From positions 83,083 to 147,082 of the forward strand of contig JBBDMM010000018.1 in the NCBI GenBank assembly GCA_040878325.1: a stretch of 64,000 nt of DNA. The letters are read 5' to 3'. A model generated the notes under the pieces. It saw only the letters and a program-made list of their open reading frames with translations, was not told the origin of the DNA and ran no database searches. Positions 48,921-58,140 of this stretch are shown piece after piece. Source of the DNA: Acidimicrobiia bacterium. Its GTDB lineage: Bacteria > Actinomycetota > Acidimicrobiia > Spongiisociales > UBA11373. Numbering within the stretch: position 1 is the stretch's first letter; every line of letters starts with the position of its first letter. Position numbers and translations under genes: made by a program.

Positions 48921-49213
48921 GAGCCGCGCTCCGACGGGATTGCCGACCGCAGGCGGTCGAGCGTCTCGGGGGCGAGGCAGTAGTCGACCCACCGCCCTCG
49001 TCGCTCTCCGACGATGAGCCCCGCTTCCCGCAGCACCCGTAGGTGATAGGACAACAGGTTGGGGGCGACCTCGATCGCCTCCAGCAAGTCGCAGACGCAC
49101 TGGTGCCCGTCGACCAGCGCCGCCAGCACCCGCAGCCGGATCGGGTCGCCCAACGCCGAGAAGCCGTCGGCCGCCGATTCGATGGTTATCGATTCAACAT
49201 CGGCTGAAGTCAT
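48917..49213 (-). CDS. arsR: ArsR/SmtB family metalloregulatory repressor
   Basis: Metal-binding HQCVCDL, and HTH LLSYHLRVLREAGLI. Confidence 0.8.
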   Translation of the reverse strand: MTSADVESITIESAADGFSALGDPIRLRVLAALVDGHQCVCDLLEAIEVAPNLLSYHLRVLREAGLIVGERRGRWVDYCLAPETLDRLRSAIPSERGS

Positions 49214-49454
49214 GACCCGATCGTGTCAGGCCAGCCCTGCAGGGGATATGGGCGAAGGTCCCTATTTGCGTGGAATACACCGCGCCAGGCCCCATCACCG
49301 GTCCCCCCGGCGGGGCCATGTCTAGGAGCAGCTCAAGCCCTCGGAAACCCTGTCGAGAGTTGGCCGTTGCTCAGGTCCCATTCCCGGATCACACCACCAG
49401 GCATCGGTGGTCAGTGATCGTGGAGCCGTAAGGGTGATGGAACGGCGAACGACC

Positions 49455-49483
49455 TTCTCATGTTGGTATACGTTGCGTATACT
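49455..49483 (+). promoter_or_regulatory. Promoter (TTCTCA-N17-TATACT) overlapping the palindromic operator GTATAC-GTTGC-GTATAC; the transcript would be leaderless
   Basis: Hexamers and palindrome seen directly. The -10 ends 7 nt before the antitoxin ATG at 49491. Confidence 0.45.
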
Positions 49484-49490
49484 CATCGGT

Positions 49491-49742
49491 ATGACAACCC
49501 CAATCCCAACTCGATTCACCGACGAGGAACTCGCACTCATCGACGAACTCGTGACCAGAGGCATCGGAGACAGCCGATCGGCGGTGATCCGCCGCGGCAT
49601 CCATCACCTCGCCGATGCCGTTCGCCGAACTCAGATCGGTGAAGCCATAGCGCAGTCGTATCGCGAACAGCCCCAGAGCGCCGAGGACGACGCCCTCGCC
49701 ATGGCCAGCGCCATCGCAATGACGGAGGCGGAGCCGTGGTAG
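49491..49742 (+). CDS. Ribbon-helix-helix antitoxin (MazE/ParD-like)
   Basis: MTTPIPTRFTDEELALIDELVTRGIGDSRSAVIRRGIHHL. It lies upstream of, and overlapping, a MazF-like gene. Confidence 0.6.
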   Translation: MTTPIPTRFTDEELALIDELVTRGIGDSRSAVIRRGIHHLADAVRRTQIGEAIAQSYREQPQSAEDDALAMASAIAMTEAEPW

Positions 49743-50047
49743 CCCAGACCGAACTCTGGTTGATGGAGACCCCCAACCAGAAGCGCAGACCGGTGCTCGT
49801 AGTCACCCGCGACGAGGTCATCGCGGTCCTGAGCAACATCATCGTGGCTCCCATCACCAGCACGATCCGCGCCATCCCCACCTGTATTCCGGTCGGACCG
49901 GACGAAGGCATCGACCACGACAGCGTGGCCACCTTCGACAACCTCGCCGCCGTGCCCAAATCGGTGCTCACCACACGCCTCGGCAAGCTCGGCCCCGATG
50001 GGCACCGGCGGATCTGCATGGCCCTCGAAGCAGTCGCCAACTGCTGA
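49736..50047 (+). CDS. mazF: MazF/PemK family endoribonuclease toxin
   Basis: ELWLMETPNQKRRPVLVVTRD...IIVAPITS. GTG start overlaps the antitoxin 3' end. Confidence 0.7.
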   Translation: MVAQTELWLMETPNQKRRPVLVVTRDEVIAVLSNIIVAPITSTIRAIPTCIPVGPDEGIDHDSVATFDNLAAVPKSVLTTRLGKLGPDGHRRICMALEAVANC

Positions 50048-50209
50048 TCAACGCCACCAAGAGCCCCTCGGCACCGGCTGGGAGTTCCCCGCCGTGCAGG
50101 TTCCGTTCTGGATCGGGCCATGACGCGGCTGTGGCGCGCAGTCGCCCACTGCCATCTTGTGACGATCCCACACCTTGACGACGACCTAGGCACTCATACA
50201 CTCGCCGCC

Positions 50210-50668
50210 ATGCACTCAACCACACTCGTCCGCAGCCTCATTGCCTTCAGTCTCGTTCTGGTTGCCGCGTGTGGAGGAGGAAGCGGAGATGGCGGGTCGA
50301 CGACCACGTCCGCCCTCATCGAGGCTGTTTCGTTCGAGGAGATCGCCGAAGTCCTCGCCGCCGGAGGACTCGTGTGTGAGCCACTCCTCCAGTCCTCGGG
50401 GTCGCTAGTCGGCGACGAACCGACCGCGACCTGCGGGACGACCAGCGGTTCGATTTCCCTTGCCCTATGGCCCGAGGGGATCGACGCAGACGGGATGGAG
50501 GCCTTCGCCCGCTCGACTCTCTGCTCACGCGTCAGCGCCTGGATGTACGTAGACGTCGTGTCGTGGACCGCGCAACCGCCCGTCGTCAACAACGCCCAGG
50601 ACCAGGCGCTCTTGGACGCAATCGTCGCCGCCAGCGGCGGCACCATCGTCTCGGTGCCCTGCTCCTGA
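50210..50668 (+). CDS. Hypothetical lipoprotein (signal peptide, LVAAC lipobox)
   Basis: MHSTTLVRSLIAFSLVLVAACGGGSG. Confidence 0.5.
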   Translation: MHSTTLVRSLIAFSLVLVAACGGGSGDGGSTTTSALIEAVSFEEIAEVLAAGGLVCEPLLQSSGSLVGDEPTATCGTTSGSISLALWPEGIDADGMEAFARSTLCSRVSAWMYVDVVSWTAQPPVVNNAQDQALLDAIVAASGGTIVSVPCS

Positions 50669-50831
50669 CCGACGAGTGCCGTCAGTCCGACGGGGGCCGT
50701 TCCCACCAACGTCACATTGGCGGTTGTCGGAAGTCCCTAGGCGTAGCGGGCTCGTCCGCAGCCGGATAGCCAAGCTCCGACCACTCCCGCCTACCCTTGC
50801 CTTCTCGACGGGCGGCAAGAGGATTGAACGC

Positions 50832-51737
50832 ATGATCGACTTTCAGGATCGGGTCGCGCTGGTCACCGGGGCGGGTAGGGGCCTTGGGGCCAGTCATGCC
50901 CGCTTGCTCGCTTCCCGCGGCGCCGCCGTGGTGGTCAACGACCCCGGGGTGGCTACCGACGGCACCGCATCGGAGGCTCGTCCTGCTGATGAGGTGGTCG
51001 CCGAGATCAAGGAGGCGGGTGGAGCCGCCGTCGCCGACTACGGGAGCGTCTCCGACCCCGAGCAGGCCGAAGCCATGGTGCAGAGGGCGATCGACGAGTT
51101 CGGGCGGATCGACATCGTGGTCAACAACGCCGGGATCCTGCGCGACAAGGCGTTCCACAATCTCGAGTGGCCCAACCTCGAGGCGGTCCTCGACGTGCAC
51201 CTCAAGGGTGCCTTCTTCGTCACCAGGCCCGCCTTTCGGCACATGCGCGAGCAGTCCTATGGGCGGATCGTGGTGACCTCCTCCAACTCGGGGCTGCTGG
51301 GCAACTTCGGCCAGGCCAACTACGGCGCCGCCAAGATGGGGCTGGTCGGGCTGATGAACGTGCTGGCCATCGAGGGCGCCAAGTACGACATCAAGGTGAA
51401 CGCGGTGGCCCCCGTTGCCGCCACCCGGATGACCGAGGACATCCTCGGGCCTATCGCCGAGAAACTCGACCCGTCGCAGGTTTCGCCGGTGGTCGCCTTC
51501 CTCTGCTCGGAGGCGTGCCCGGTGACCGCCGAGGTCTTCTCGGCGGCAGGTGGGGTGGTGAGCCGGATGTTCGTCGGGCTCACCCCGGGCTGGTTCAAGC
51601 ATCCCGAGAAGGAAGGTGCCCTCACTCTCGAGGACATCGCCGAGCACTTCGACGAGATCCGCGACGAGACCGGCTACATCGTCCCCGCCTCCAACCAGGA
51701 CGAGCTGCAGAAGCTCGCCCCGCTGCTCTTCTCGTGA
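50832..51737 (+). CDS. SDR family oxidoreductase (HSD17B4-like 3-hydroxyacyl-CoA dehydrogenase type)
   Basis: VTGAGRGLG, NNAGILRD, YGRIVVTSSNSGLLGNFGQANYGAAK. Confidence 0.8.
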   Translation: MIDFQDRVALVTGAGRGLGASHARLLASRGAAVVVNDPGVATDGTASEARPADEVVAEIKEAGGAAVADYGSVSDPEQAEAMVQRAIDEFGRIDIVVNNAGILRDKAFHNLEWPNLEAVLDVHLKGAFFVTRPAFRHMREQSYGRIVVTSSNSGLLGNFGQANYGAAKMGLVGLMNVLAIEGAKYDIKVNAVAPVAATRMTEDILGPIAEKLDPSQVSPVVAFLCSEACPVTAEVFSAAGGVVSRMFVGLTPGWFKHPEKEGALTLEDIAEHFDEIRDETGYIVPASNQDELQKLAPLLFS

Positions 51738-51777
51738 GAGGGCCAGCGGACTCGCCCGCCAGCACGCCAGCCACCAA

Positions 51778-52344
51778 GTGACTCCCGGCGAAACCGATAC
51801 CCCCGGCACAACGGCGGGGAAGGCGGAGTGGCGGCAGTGGGTCCGTCGGGTGCGGGGCGACATCGACTGGCCATCCGTATCCGAAGCGGTGGTCGCCGCC
51901 CTTCATGAGTGGATTCCCCCCGACAGCCGGGTGCTGCTCTACGACCCGCTGCCCGACGAGGTCGACCTGCTTCCCCTGGTCGCGTCGTTCGCGACCTTCG
52001 TCACCCGCACCCCGGACGATGGGGGGCTGACGGTTCATCCGTACGACTCGGTGCGTGAGGTTCATCGTCTCGGGTTCTCCCAGCCGATCGATGGATCGCC
52101 GGAGATCGATCCGGCCGACATCGATGTGGTGCTGCTCCCCGGGCTGGCATTCGACCGGGCCGGGGTGCGGTTGGGCAGGGGAGGGGGCCATTACGACCGG
52201 CTGCTTCCCCGGCTGCCGCCCGACTGCGCGCTCGTCGGCGTCGCCTCCGATGCGGTGGTGGTCGATCGGCTTCCCCGAGAGGAACACGATGTGCTGGTCA
52301 CCCATCTAGCGACCGAATCCGGCGTGGGTATGGTCCGCCGATGA
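51778..52344 (+). CDS. 5-formyltetrahydrofolate cyclo-ligase
   Basis: VVLLPGLAFDRAGVRLGRGGGHYDR. GTG start assumed. Confidence 0.7.
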   Translation: MTPGETDTPGTTAGKAEWRQWVRRVRGDIDWPSVSEAVVAALHEWIPPDSRVLLYDPLPDEVDLLPLVASFATFVTRTPDDGGLTVHPYDSVREVHRLGFSQPIDGSPEIDPADIDVVLLPGLAFDRAGVRLGRGGGHYDRLLPRLPPDCALVGVASDAVVVDRLPREEHDVLVTHLATESGVGMVRR

Positions 52345-54047
52345 CCGCCGACCTCGTCGCCGCCGCCCGGACCTGGATCGCCGGTGATCCCGATCCGATC
52401 ACCCGGGCTGAGTTGGAGGCGCTCCTCGACGACCCGGAGGCGCTCGAAGACCGCATGGGAGCCGTCCTCCGCTTCGGCACCGCCGGCATCCGTGGCCAGG
52501 TGGGGGCCGGGTCGAATCGGATGAACCGGGCCACGGTGATCCGGGTCACCCGGGGGATCGCCGACTATCTGATTGCCCGTGGCCGCGGTGCCGGGCCGGT
52601 GGTCGTCGGGTTCGACGGGCGCACCGACAGCGAGCAGTTCGCCGAAGACGCCGTGGGGGTGTTCGCCGCCGCCGGCATCCCCACCCGCTGGTTCCCGGCG
52701 GTGACCCCGACACCGCTGGTGGCGTACGCCGCGCTGATGGAGGGGGCGGAGATGGCGGTGGTGGTCACCGCCAGCCACAACCCGCCCGCCGACAACGGGT
52801 ACAAGGCGTACGACGCCAACGGCGCCCAGATCATCCCCCCGGTCGACACCGACATCGCCGCCGCCATCGACGCGGTCGGCCCCGCAGCCGCGGTGCCCCG
52901 GATCGGGGGGGTCTTCGAGGACGGGCACGAGTTCGCCCTCCCCATCGGGCTGGAGGCGGAGGAGCGTTACGTCGAGGAGGTCTTTGCCTTCCGGGGCGAT
53001 CCCCCCGCGGGCGCCCCGATCCGCCTCGCATATACCGCCCTCCACGGGGTGGGCGGCCCATTGGCGATCCGCATCCTCGCCGCCGGCGGCCACGGCGACG
53101 TCCATGTGGTCGAGGAGCAGTGGGCGCCCGACGGGCGCTTCCCCACGGTCGCCTTCCCCAACCCAGAGGAGCCGGGCGCCCTCGACCTGGCCGAGGCGCT
53201 GGGCACCCGGGTGGGGGCCGATGCGGTGCTGGCCAACGACCCCGACGGCGACCGGCTGGGGGTGAGCCTTCCTCACGACGGCGGCTGGACCCAGTTGAGC
53301 GGCAATCAGATCGGCATTCTCCTCGGCGACTTCATCCTCGAACGGACTGCCGGCGATGGCCGTCTGGTGGTGAGCAGCGTGGTCTCGTCGCCGATGCTGG
53401 GCGCAGTGGCCGCCCACCACGGCGCCCGCCACGAGGTGACCCTCACCGGGTTCAAGTGGATCTGCAACGCCGCCCTGGCGCTCGAGGAGCAGGGCCTGCG
53501 GTTCGTCTTCGGCTTCGAGGAGGCGCTGGGATACACCGTGGGCCCGGTGGTACACGACAAGGACGGCTTCTCGGCGGCGTTGTGGTTCGCCGACCTGGTG
53601 GCCGTCGAGAAGGCGCGGGGGAGGGCCGTGTTCGATCACCTCGCCGACCTCTATGTGCGAGACGGGCTGTGGGTGAGCGTCCCCCGCAGCGTGGTCCGCG
53701 CCGGCGCCGACGGGGTCGAGGAGATCGCCGCCGCCATGGACCGCCTCGCCGGGTCGCAGCCGACGACGCTGGGAGGGCTGGCCGTCACCGGGTTCACCGA
53801 CTACCGGCAGGGAGCCGCCGACCGCCCCTTCTGGCTCCCCGCGACCCCGCTGGTCGATTTTTCACTCGAGGGCGGCAGCCGGGTGCTGGTCCGCCCCAGC
53901 GGCACCGAACCCAAACTGAAGGTGTATGCCGACATCCGGGGGTCGGCCGCTTCGATCGACGAGGTCCCCGCGGCCGAGGCCGAGGCCCGCCGGGTGGCCG
54001 CCGCCGCCGGTGACGATCTGCTCGACTTCCTGGGATGGGGTGGGTGA
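52341..54047 (+). CDS. Phospho-sugar mutase (phosphoglucomutase/phosphomannomutase family)
   Basis: FGTAGIRG, the TASHNP active-site serine loop, and the GEES-equivalent FEEALG. Confidence 0.85.
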   Translation: MTADLVAAARTWIAGDPDPITRAELEALLDDPEALEDRMGAVLRFGTAGIRGQVGAGSNRMNRATVIRVTRGIADYLIARGRGAGPVVVGFDGRTDSEQFAEDAVGVFAAAGIPTRWFPAVTPTPLVAYAALMEGAEMAVVVTASHNPPADNGYKAYDANGAQIIPPVDTDIAAAIDAVGPAAAVPRIGGVFEDGHEFALPIGLEAEERYVEEVFAFRGDPPAGAPIRLAYTALHGVGGPLAIRILAAGGHGDVHVVEEQWAPDGRFPTVAFPNPEEPGALDLAEALGTRVGADAVLANDPDGDRLGVSLPHDGGWTQLSGNQIGILLGDFILERTAGDGRLVVSSVVSSPMLGAVAAHHGARHEVTLTGFKWICNAALALEEQGLRFVFGFEEALGYTVGPVVHDKDGFSAALWFADLVAVEKARGRAVFDHLADLYVRDGLWVSVPRSVVRAGADGVEEIAAAMDRLAGSQPTTLGGLAVTGFTDYRQGAADRPFWLPATPLVDFSLEGGSRVLVRPSGTEPKLKVYADIRGSAASIDEVPAAEAEARRVAAAAGDDLLDFLGWGG

Positions 54048-54655
54048 GGCCGCTCGTCGCCCTGGTGCGGCGGGTTCCGGCGGTGGCCTGGTTCACCGCC
54101 GCTCATGTGGTGGTGTTCACCATCGTCGGGGTGGCCCGAGGCCAGACCTTCCTGTGGATCTACCTGCCCCTACTGGCGGCTTCTATCGCCGTCGTGGTGT
54201 GGATCGATCACAAGTGGGGGCCGATCCCCACGGTGCTGCTGTGGCTGCTGTCGATATGGGCGGCGATGCATCTCGCCGGGGGACTGGCCCCCGACCCCAG
54301 CGGCCGACGCGACATCCTCTACAACTGGTGGCTGCTCGACGGATACCTGAAATGGGACCATGTGGTCCACGGCTTCGGCATCGGCGTTGCCACCGCGGTG
54401 CTGGCGTACGCGGCGCGTGATACGGATCGTCCCCTGTGGTGGGCGTTCCTGTTCGCCCAGGGGATCGGCGTGGTCAACGAGACAGTCGAGAACATCTTTG
54501 CGGCGTTGGTGGAGGGGTCGAACGTGGGGGATGCGGCTAACACGGCCTGGGACCTCGGCTGGCACCTCATCGGTTCGCTGATGGCGATCGTATGGATGAG
54601 CAAACGGGGGATTCCGGGCACAGGCCCGGCCCGACCCGAATTGGAGGGTGCATGA
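54035..54655 (+). CDS. Hypothetical polytopic membrane protein
   Basis: Six hydrophobic segments. The start overlaps the upstream stop. Confidence 0.5.
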   Translation: MGWVRPLVALVRRVPAVAWFTAAHVVVFTIVGVARGQTFLWIYLPLLAASIAVVVWIDHKWGPIPTVLLWLLSIWAAMHLAGGLAPDPSGRRDILYNWWLLDGYLKWDHVVHGFGIGVATAVLAYAARDTDRPLWWAFLFAQGIGVVNETVENIFAALVEGSNVGDAANTAWDLGWHLIGSLMAIVWMSKRGIPGTGPARPELEGA

Positions 54656-55128
54656 CGATTCCGGAGGCATCGCAACGGGTGATCGAAGGCGGCCGGGCAC
54701 TGGGCGTGGAGATCGACATCCACGTGTTCCCCGAAGGCACCAAGACCTCCGCCGACGCCGCCGCCGCCATCGGCTGCGACCTGTCGGCGATCGCCAAATC
54801 GATCGTCTTCACCCTCGACGACCGAGAGCAAGTGGTGGTCTTCGCCAGCGGCGACACCAGGATCGACGTGGGGAAACTCGCGGCGGTGGTTGGTGTCGAT
54901 TCGGTACGCCGAGCCACGCTGGAGGAGGCCAGGGAGGCCACCGGATTCGCCCCCGGAGGCACGCCGCCGTTCGGATACCCCGGCCCGGTCAGGGTGTTCG
55001 CTGATGAGGCCTTGCGACGCCACGATTTGGTGTGGGCGGCAGGCGGCACGCCGACGACGGTGTTCCCGATCAAGTTGGAGGAGTTGGTCCGCGCGGCAGG
55101 AGCGGAGTGGGTGGAGGTGAGTGAGTAG
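54652..55128 (+). CDS. ybaK: YbaK/ProX-family aminoacyl-tRNA deacylase
   Basis: IGCDLSAIAKSIVF...VVVFASGDTRID...GGTPPFG. GGAGGG RBS; ATGA overlap. Confidence 0.8.
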   Translation: MTIPEASQRVIEGGRALGVEIDIHVFPEGTKTSADAAAAIGCDLSAIAKSIVFTLDDREQVVVFASGDTRIDVGKLAAVVGVDSVRRATLEEAREATGFAPGGTPPFGYPGPVRVFADEALRRHDLVWAAGGTPTTVFPIKLEELVRAAGAEWVEVSE

Positions 55129-55193
55129 GCGTGGGCGTGGAGGTTCGAGTCGGCTCTCCGACACCCCCCGCACCCTGGCTCGCGACTTGCCTC

Positions 55194-56498
55194 TCAGGCC
55201 GCGATCCATTCCGCCATGACGTCCGCTGCTTGGATCGTGTTGGTGCAGTACTGCTTGAGGAAGGCCGCGTCGAGCTCCTGGTCGAGGGGGATCGCTTCGG
55301 CGGCGGCCAGGGCTCGGGTGCCGTCGAAGTCGACGTAGGAGACCCTGGCGGTCAGTTCTTCGGCGCTGCGCCCGAACGCTGCTCCCGGCAGGAGGGCGAC
55401 GCCGGTGTCGACGAGCAGTTGTTCGCAGAGATCGGTGGAGGTCCGCACGCCCCGTTCGGCAAGCGGCGCTCGAAGCGGTGAGAAGTCCGGGAAGAGGTAG
55501 AACGCCCCCTGCGGACCGGGGACGAACACGCCGGCCGAGCGGAGCCTCTCGGCGAAGGCGGCACCGAGCGCCCGCAGGATGCGCCGCGCATTGACCAGAT
55601 AGCGGGTGAGTTCACTTCCCCCTTGGAAGGCGCGGACGGCTGCGAACTGGATCGGCGCGCTCGTCGACGTGTAGGTCTCGCTGGCGACGGCCGCCATCGC
55701 TTCGCGCAGCCAGCCGAGCGCCCGCGGGAACGTGAAGGTTCCGAGGCGCCAACCCCCGGCGCCACACCACTTGCTGAGACCGCCACTGATGATGGTGCCC
55801 TCGGGGTAGAAGCTGGCGATCGAGACATGTCGCCCCTGATGATCGAGTTCGCCGTAGATCTCGTCGGAAAGAAGGATCACCCGGTACCGGCGTGCCACGG
55901 CCGCGAGTTCCTGGAGGGCTTCGATGTCGTATGTCTGGCCGGTGGGATTCGACGGATAGTTGAGCAGCACCAGCCGCGGTCGAGAGGGGTCTTCCCGGCA
56001 AACGGCGTCGAGTTCAGCCGGCTGCAGCGGCCAGCCGTGTTCGGCGGTGGTCGGCACCCAACGAACCTTGCGTCCGATGATGTGCGCCTGCGGGGCGTAG
56101 GACACCCAGCTCGGCGTCGGGATCACCAGGTCGCCGTAGTACACCAACTGGGCGAGGAACATGAGTTCCTTGGATCCCGGCCCGATGAGCACATCGTCGG
56201 CAGTGCACCCGATGCCGTACCGGCGCTCGTAGTAGTTCGACACCGCATCCCGGAGGGCGGGAAGGCCGGCAACGTCGAGGTAGTCCTTCTGGTGGGCGTT
56301 GGCGCGGAGTTCGTCGACCACGGGTTGGGGGATCGGGAAGGGAGACTGGCCGAGACCGAGCCGGTAGACATGCCGGCCCTCCGATTGCAGCCGCTTGCTC
56401 CGCTCGTTGATGGCGAGGGTGGCCGAGTGTCCGAGTCCCCGGACGTTGAGGTTGAGATTGATCGGGTGGGCGAAATCGCCTGAAGCCATGCGGGTCAT
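55194..56498 (-). CDS. PLP-dependent aminotransferase (class I/II fold)
   Basis: LGLGQSPFP, NYPSNPTG, SGGLSKWCGAGGWRLG (PLP lysine region). Confidence 0.8.
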   Translation of the reverse strand: MTRMASGDFAHPINLNLNVRGLGHSATLAINERSKRLQSEGRHVYRLGLGQSPFPIPQPVVDELRANAHQKDYLDVAGLPALRDAVSNYYERRYGIGCTADDVLIGPGSKELMFLAQLVYYGDLVIPTPSWVSYAPQAHIIGRKVRWVPTTAEHGWPLQPAELDAVCREDPSRPRLVLLNYPSNPTGQTYDIEALQELAAVARRYRVILLSDEIYGELDHQGRHVSIASFYPEGTIISGGLSKWCGAGGWRLGTFTFPRALGWLREAMAAVASETYTSTSAPIQFAAVRAFQGGSELTRYLVNARRILRALGAAFAERLRSAGVFVPGPQGAFYLFPDFSPLRAPLAERGVRTSTDLCEQLLVDTGVALLPGAAFGRSAEELTARVSYVDFDGTRALAAAEAIPLDQELDAAFLKQYCTNTIQAADVMAEWIAA

Positions 56499-56625
56499 GG
56501 TACGAGAGCACCCCCGATCCCGCAGGAGTCGCTCGTGTCGGTGGTCCGAAGGGTTTGCGGCGACCTCCGCGCCCCAATCGGGCCACCCGAATCCCCGAGC
56601 CACCTTCCCCCTACCCTTCCATCCC

Positions 56626-57954
56626 ATGCCCACCACCCGCTACGCCCGCAGCGGTGATGTCAACATCGCCTATCAGGTCGTCGGCGACGGATCGCGCGAC
56701 CTGGTCTACGTCCCCGGCTGGGTATCGAACATCGAAGTGATGTGGGAGGACCCCGGGCTGGCTCGATTCCTGGAGCACCTGGCCGGGTTTGCCCGGCTGA
56801 TCGCTTTCGACAAGCGGGGGACGGGACTGTCGGACCCGGTGCCGGTGGAGCATCTCCCCACCCTGGAGACCCGGATGGACGACCTGCGTGCGGTGATGGA
56901 CGCCGTTGGGTCGGAGCGGGCGACGCTGTTCGGCCACTCCGAAGGGGGCAGCATGTGCGTGTTGTTCGCCGCCACCTACCCGGACCGGGTGGACGGGCTG
57001 ATCCTCACCGGTTCGTACGCGGCGCGGATTCGCAGTCCGGAGTACCCGTGGGCGCCGACTTGGGAAGAACGCCTCGTCGAGATCGAGCAAACCGAGGCCA
57101 CCTGGGGCACCGTCGACCCGACCGACTACAACGCCCCGAGCCGCGCAAACGACCCAGCGTTTCGTCAGTGGATGATGCGCTACACCCGCCTCTCCGCCAG
57201 CCCACGGGCTGCGGCGGCGCTGTTGCGAATGAACTCGCAGATCGATGTCACCCAGGTGTTGCCCGCACTGCGCGTGCCGGCGTTGCTGTTGTACCGGACC
57301 CACGATCCCGACGTGAACGTGGAGGAGGGCCGTTGGATCGCCTCGCGGATCCCGGGGGCACGATTCGTGGAACTCGAGGGGGCCGACCACATGTTCTGGG
57401 CCGGTGACAGTGACGTGATCCTCCAGGAGATCGAGGAGTTCGTCACCGGGCATCGTCCCGGGCTGGCGGCCGATCGGGTGCTGGCCACGGTGCTGTTCAC
57501 CGATCTGGTCGGCTCCACCGAGCGCGCCGCGACCATGGGGGACCGGGCGTGGGGCGATTTGTTGGAGCGGCACCACAAGTTGGTGCGCTCCAGCCTGGCG
57601 CGTTGGCGGGGCAGAGAGGTAGGCACCTGGGGTGACGGATTCTTCGCCACCTTCGACGGGCCGGTGCGCGCGATCCAGTGTGCCCGCGCCATCGCAGCCG
57701 AAATGAAGTCCCTCGGGCTCGAGGTTCGAGCCGGGCTCCATACCGGCGAGGTCGAAATGGTGGGCGCCGATGTCACCGGACTCGCGGTCAATATCGGGGC
57801 CCGGGTGGGCGCATTGGCGGGTCCGGGGGAGGTGCTGGTGTCACGAACGGTGAAGGATCTGGTCGCAGGTTCGGGTCTGGAGTTCGAGTCGCGCGGCCTC
57901 CAGGAGTTGAAGGGCGTACCCGATCGCTGGGAGGTGTTCGCGGTCGCGGGGTGA
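56626..57954 (+). CDS. Alpha/beta-hydrolase fused to class III adenylate/guanylate cyclase domain (LipJ-like)
   Basis: N-terminus GHSEGG (GxSxG). C-terminus VLFTDLVGST...GDGFFATFDG...HTGEV... cyclase homology domain. Confidence 0.8.
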   Translation: MPTTRYARSGDVNIAYQVVGDGSRDLVYVPGWVSNIEVMWEDPGLARFLEHLAGFARLIAFDKRGTGLSDPVPVEHLPTLETRMDDLRAVMDAVGSERATLFGHSEGGSMCVLFAATYPDRVDGLILTGSYAARIRSPEYPWAPTWEERLVEIEQTEATWGTVDPTDYNAPSRANDPAFRQWMMRYTRLSASPRAAAALLRMNSQIDVTQVLPALRVPALLLYRTHDPDVNVEEGRWIASRIPGARFVELEGADHMFWAGDSDVILQEIEEFVTGHRPGLAADRVLATVLFTDLVGSTERAATMGDRAWGDLLERHHKLVRSSLARWRGREVGTWGDGFFATFDGPVRAIQCARAIAAEMKSLGLEVRAGLHTGEVEMVGADVTGLAVNIGARVGALAGPGEVLVSRTVKDLVAGSGLEFESRGLQELKGVPDRWEVFAVAG

Positions 57955-57978
57955 GGGCGGGCCCCGCCCGTCCGTCGC

Positions 57979-58118
57979 CTGTCGGCAATCGCCAAATCGA
58001 ATCGTGTTCGCCCTCGATGGCCAGGAACAAGTGGTGGTCTTCGCCCGCCACGTCACCAGGATCGACATGGGCGGGTTGACTGCGATTGCCGGAGCCGATG
58101 GAGCGCTATCGAGTCGCC
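57979..58118 (+). pseudogene. Non-coding relic: ~140-bp duplicated fragment of ybaK (about 80% identical to 54781-54920)
   Basis: ctgtcggcaatcgccaaatcga...caagtggtggtcttcgcc...caccaggatcgac aligns base-for-base with the intact ybaK. Confidence 0.55.
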
Positions 58119-58140
58119 TGTGCGGTGACATACTCCTCGA

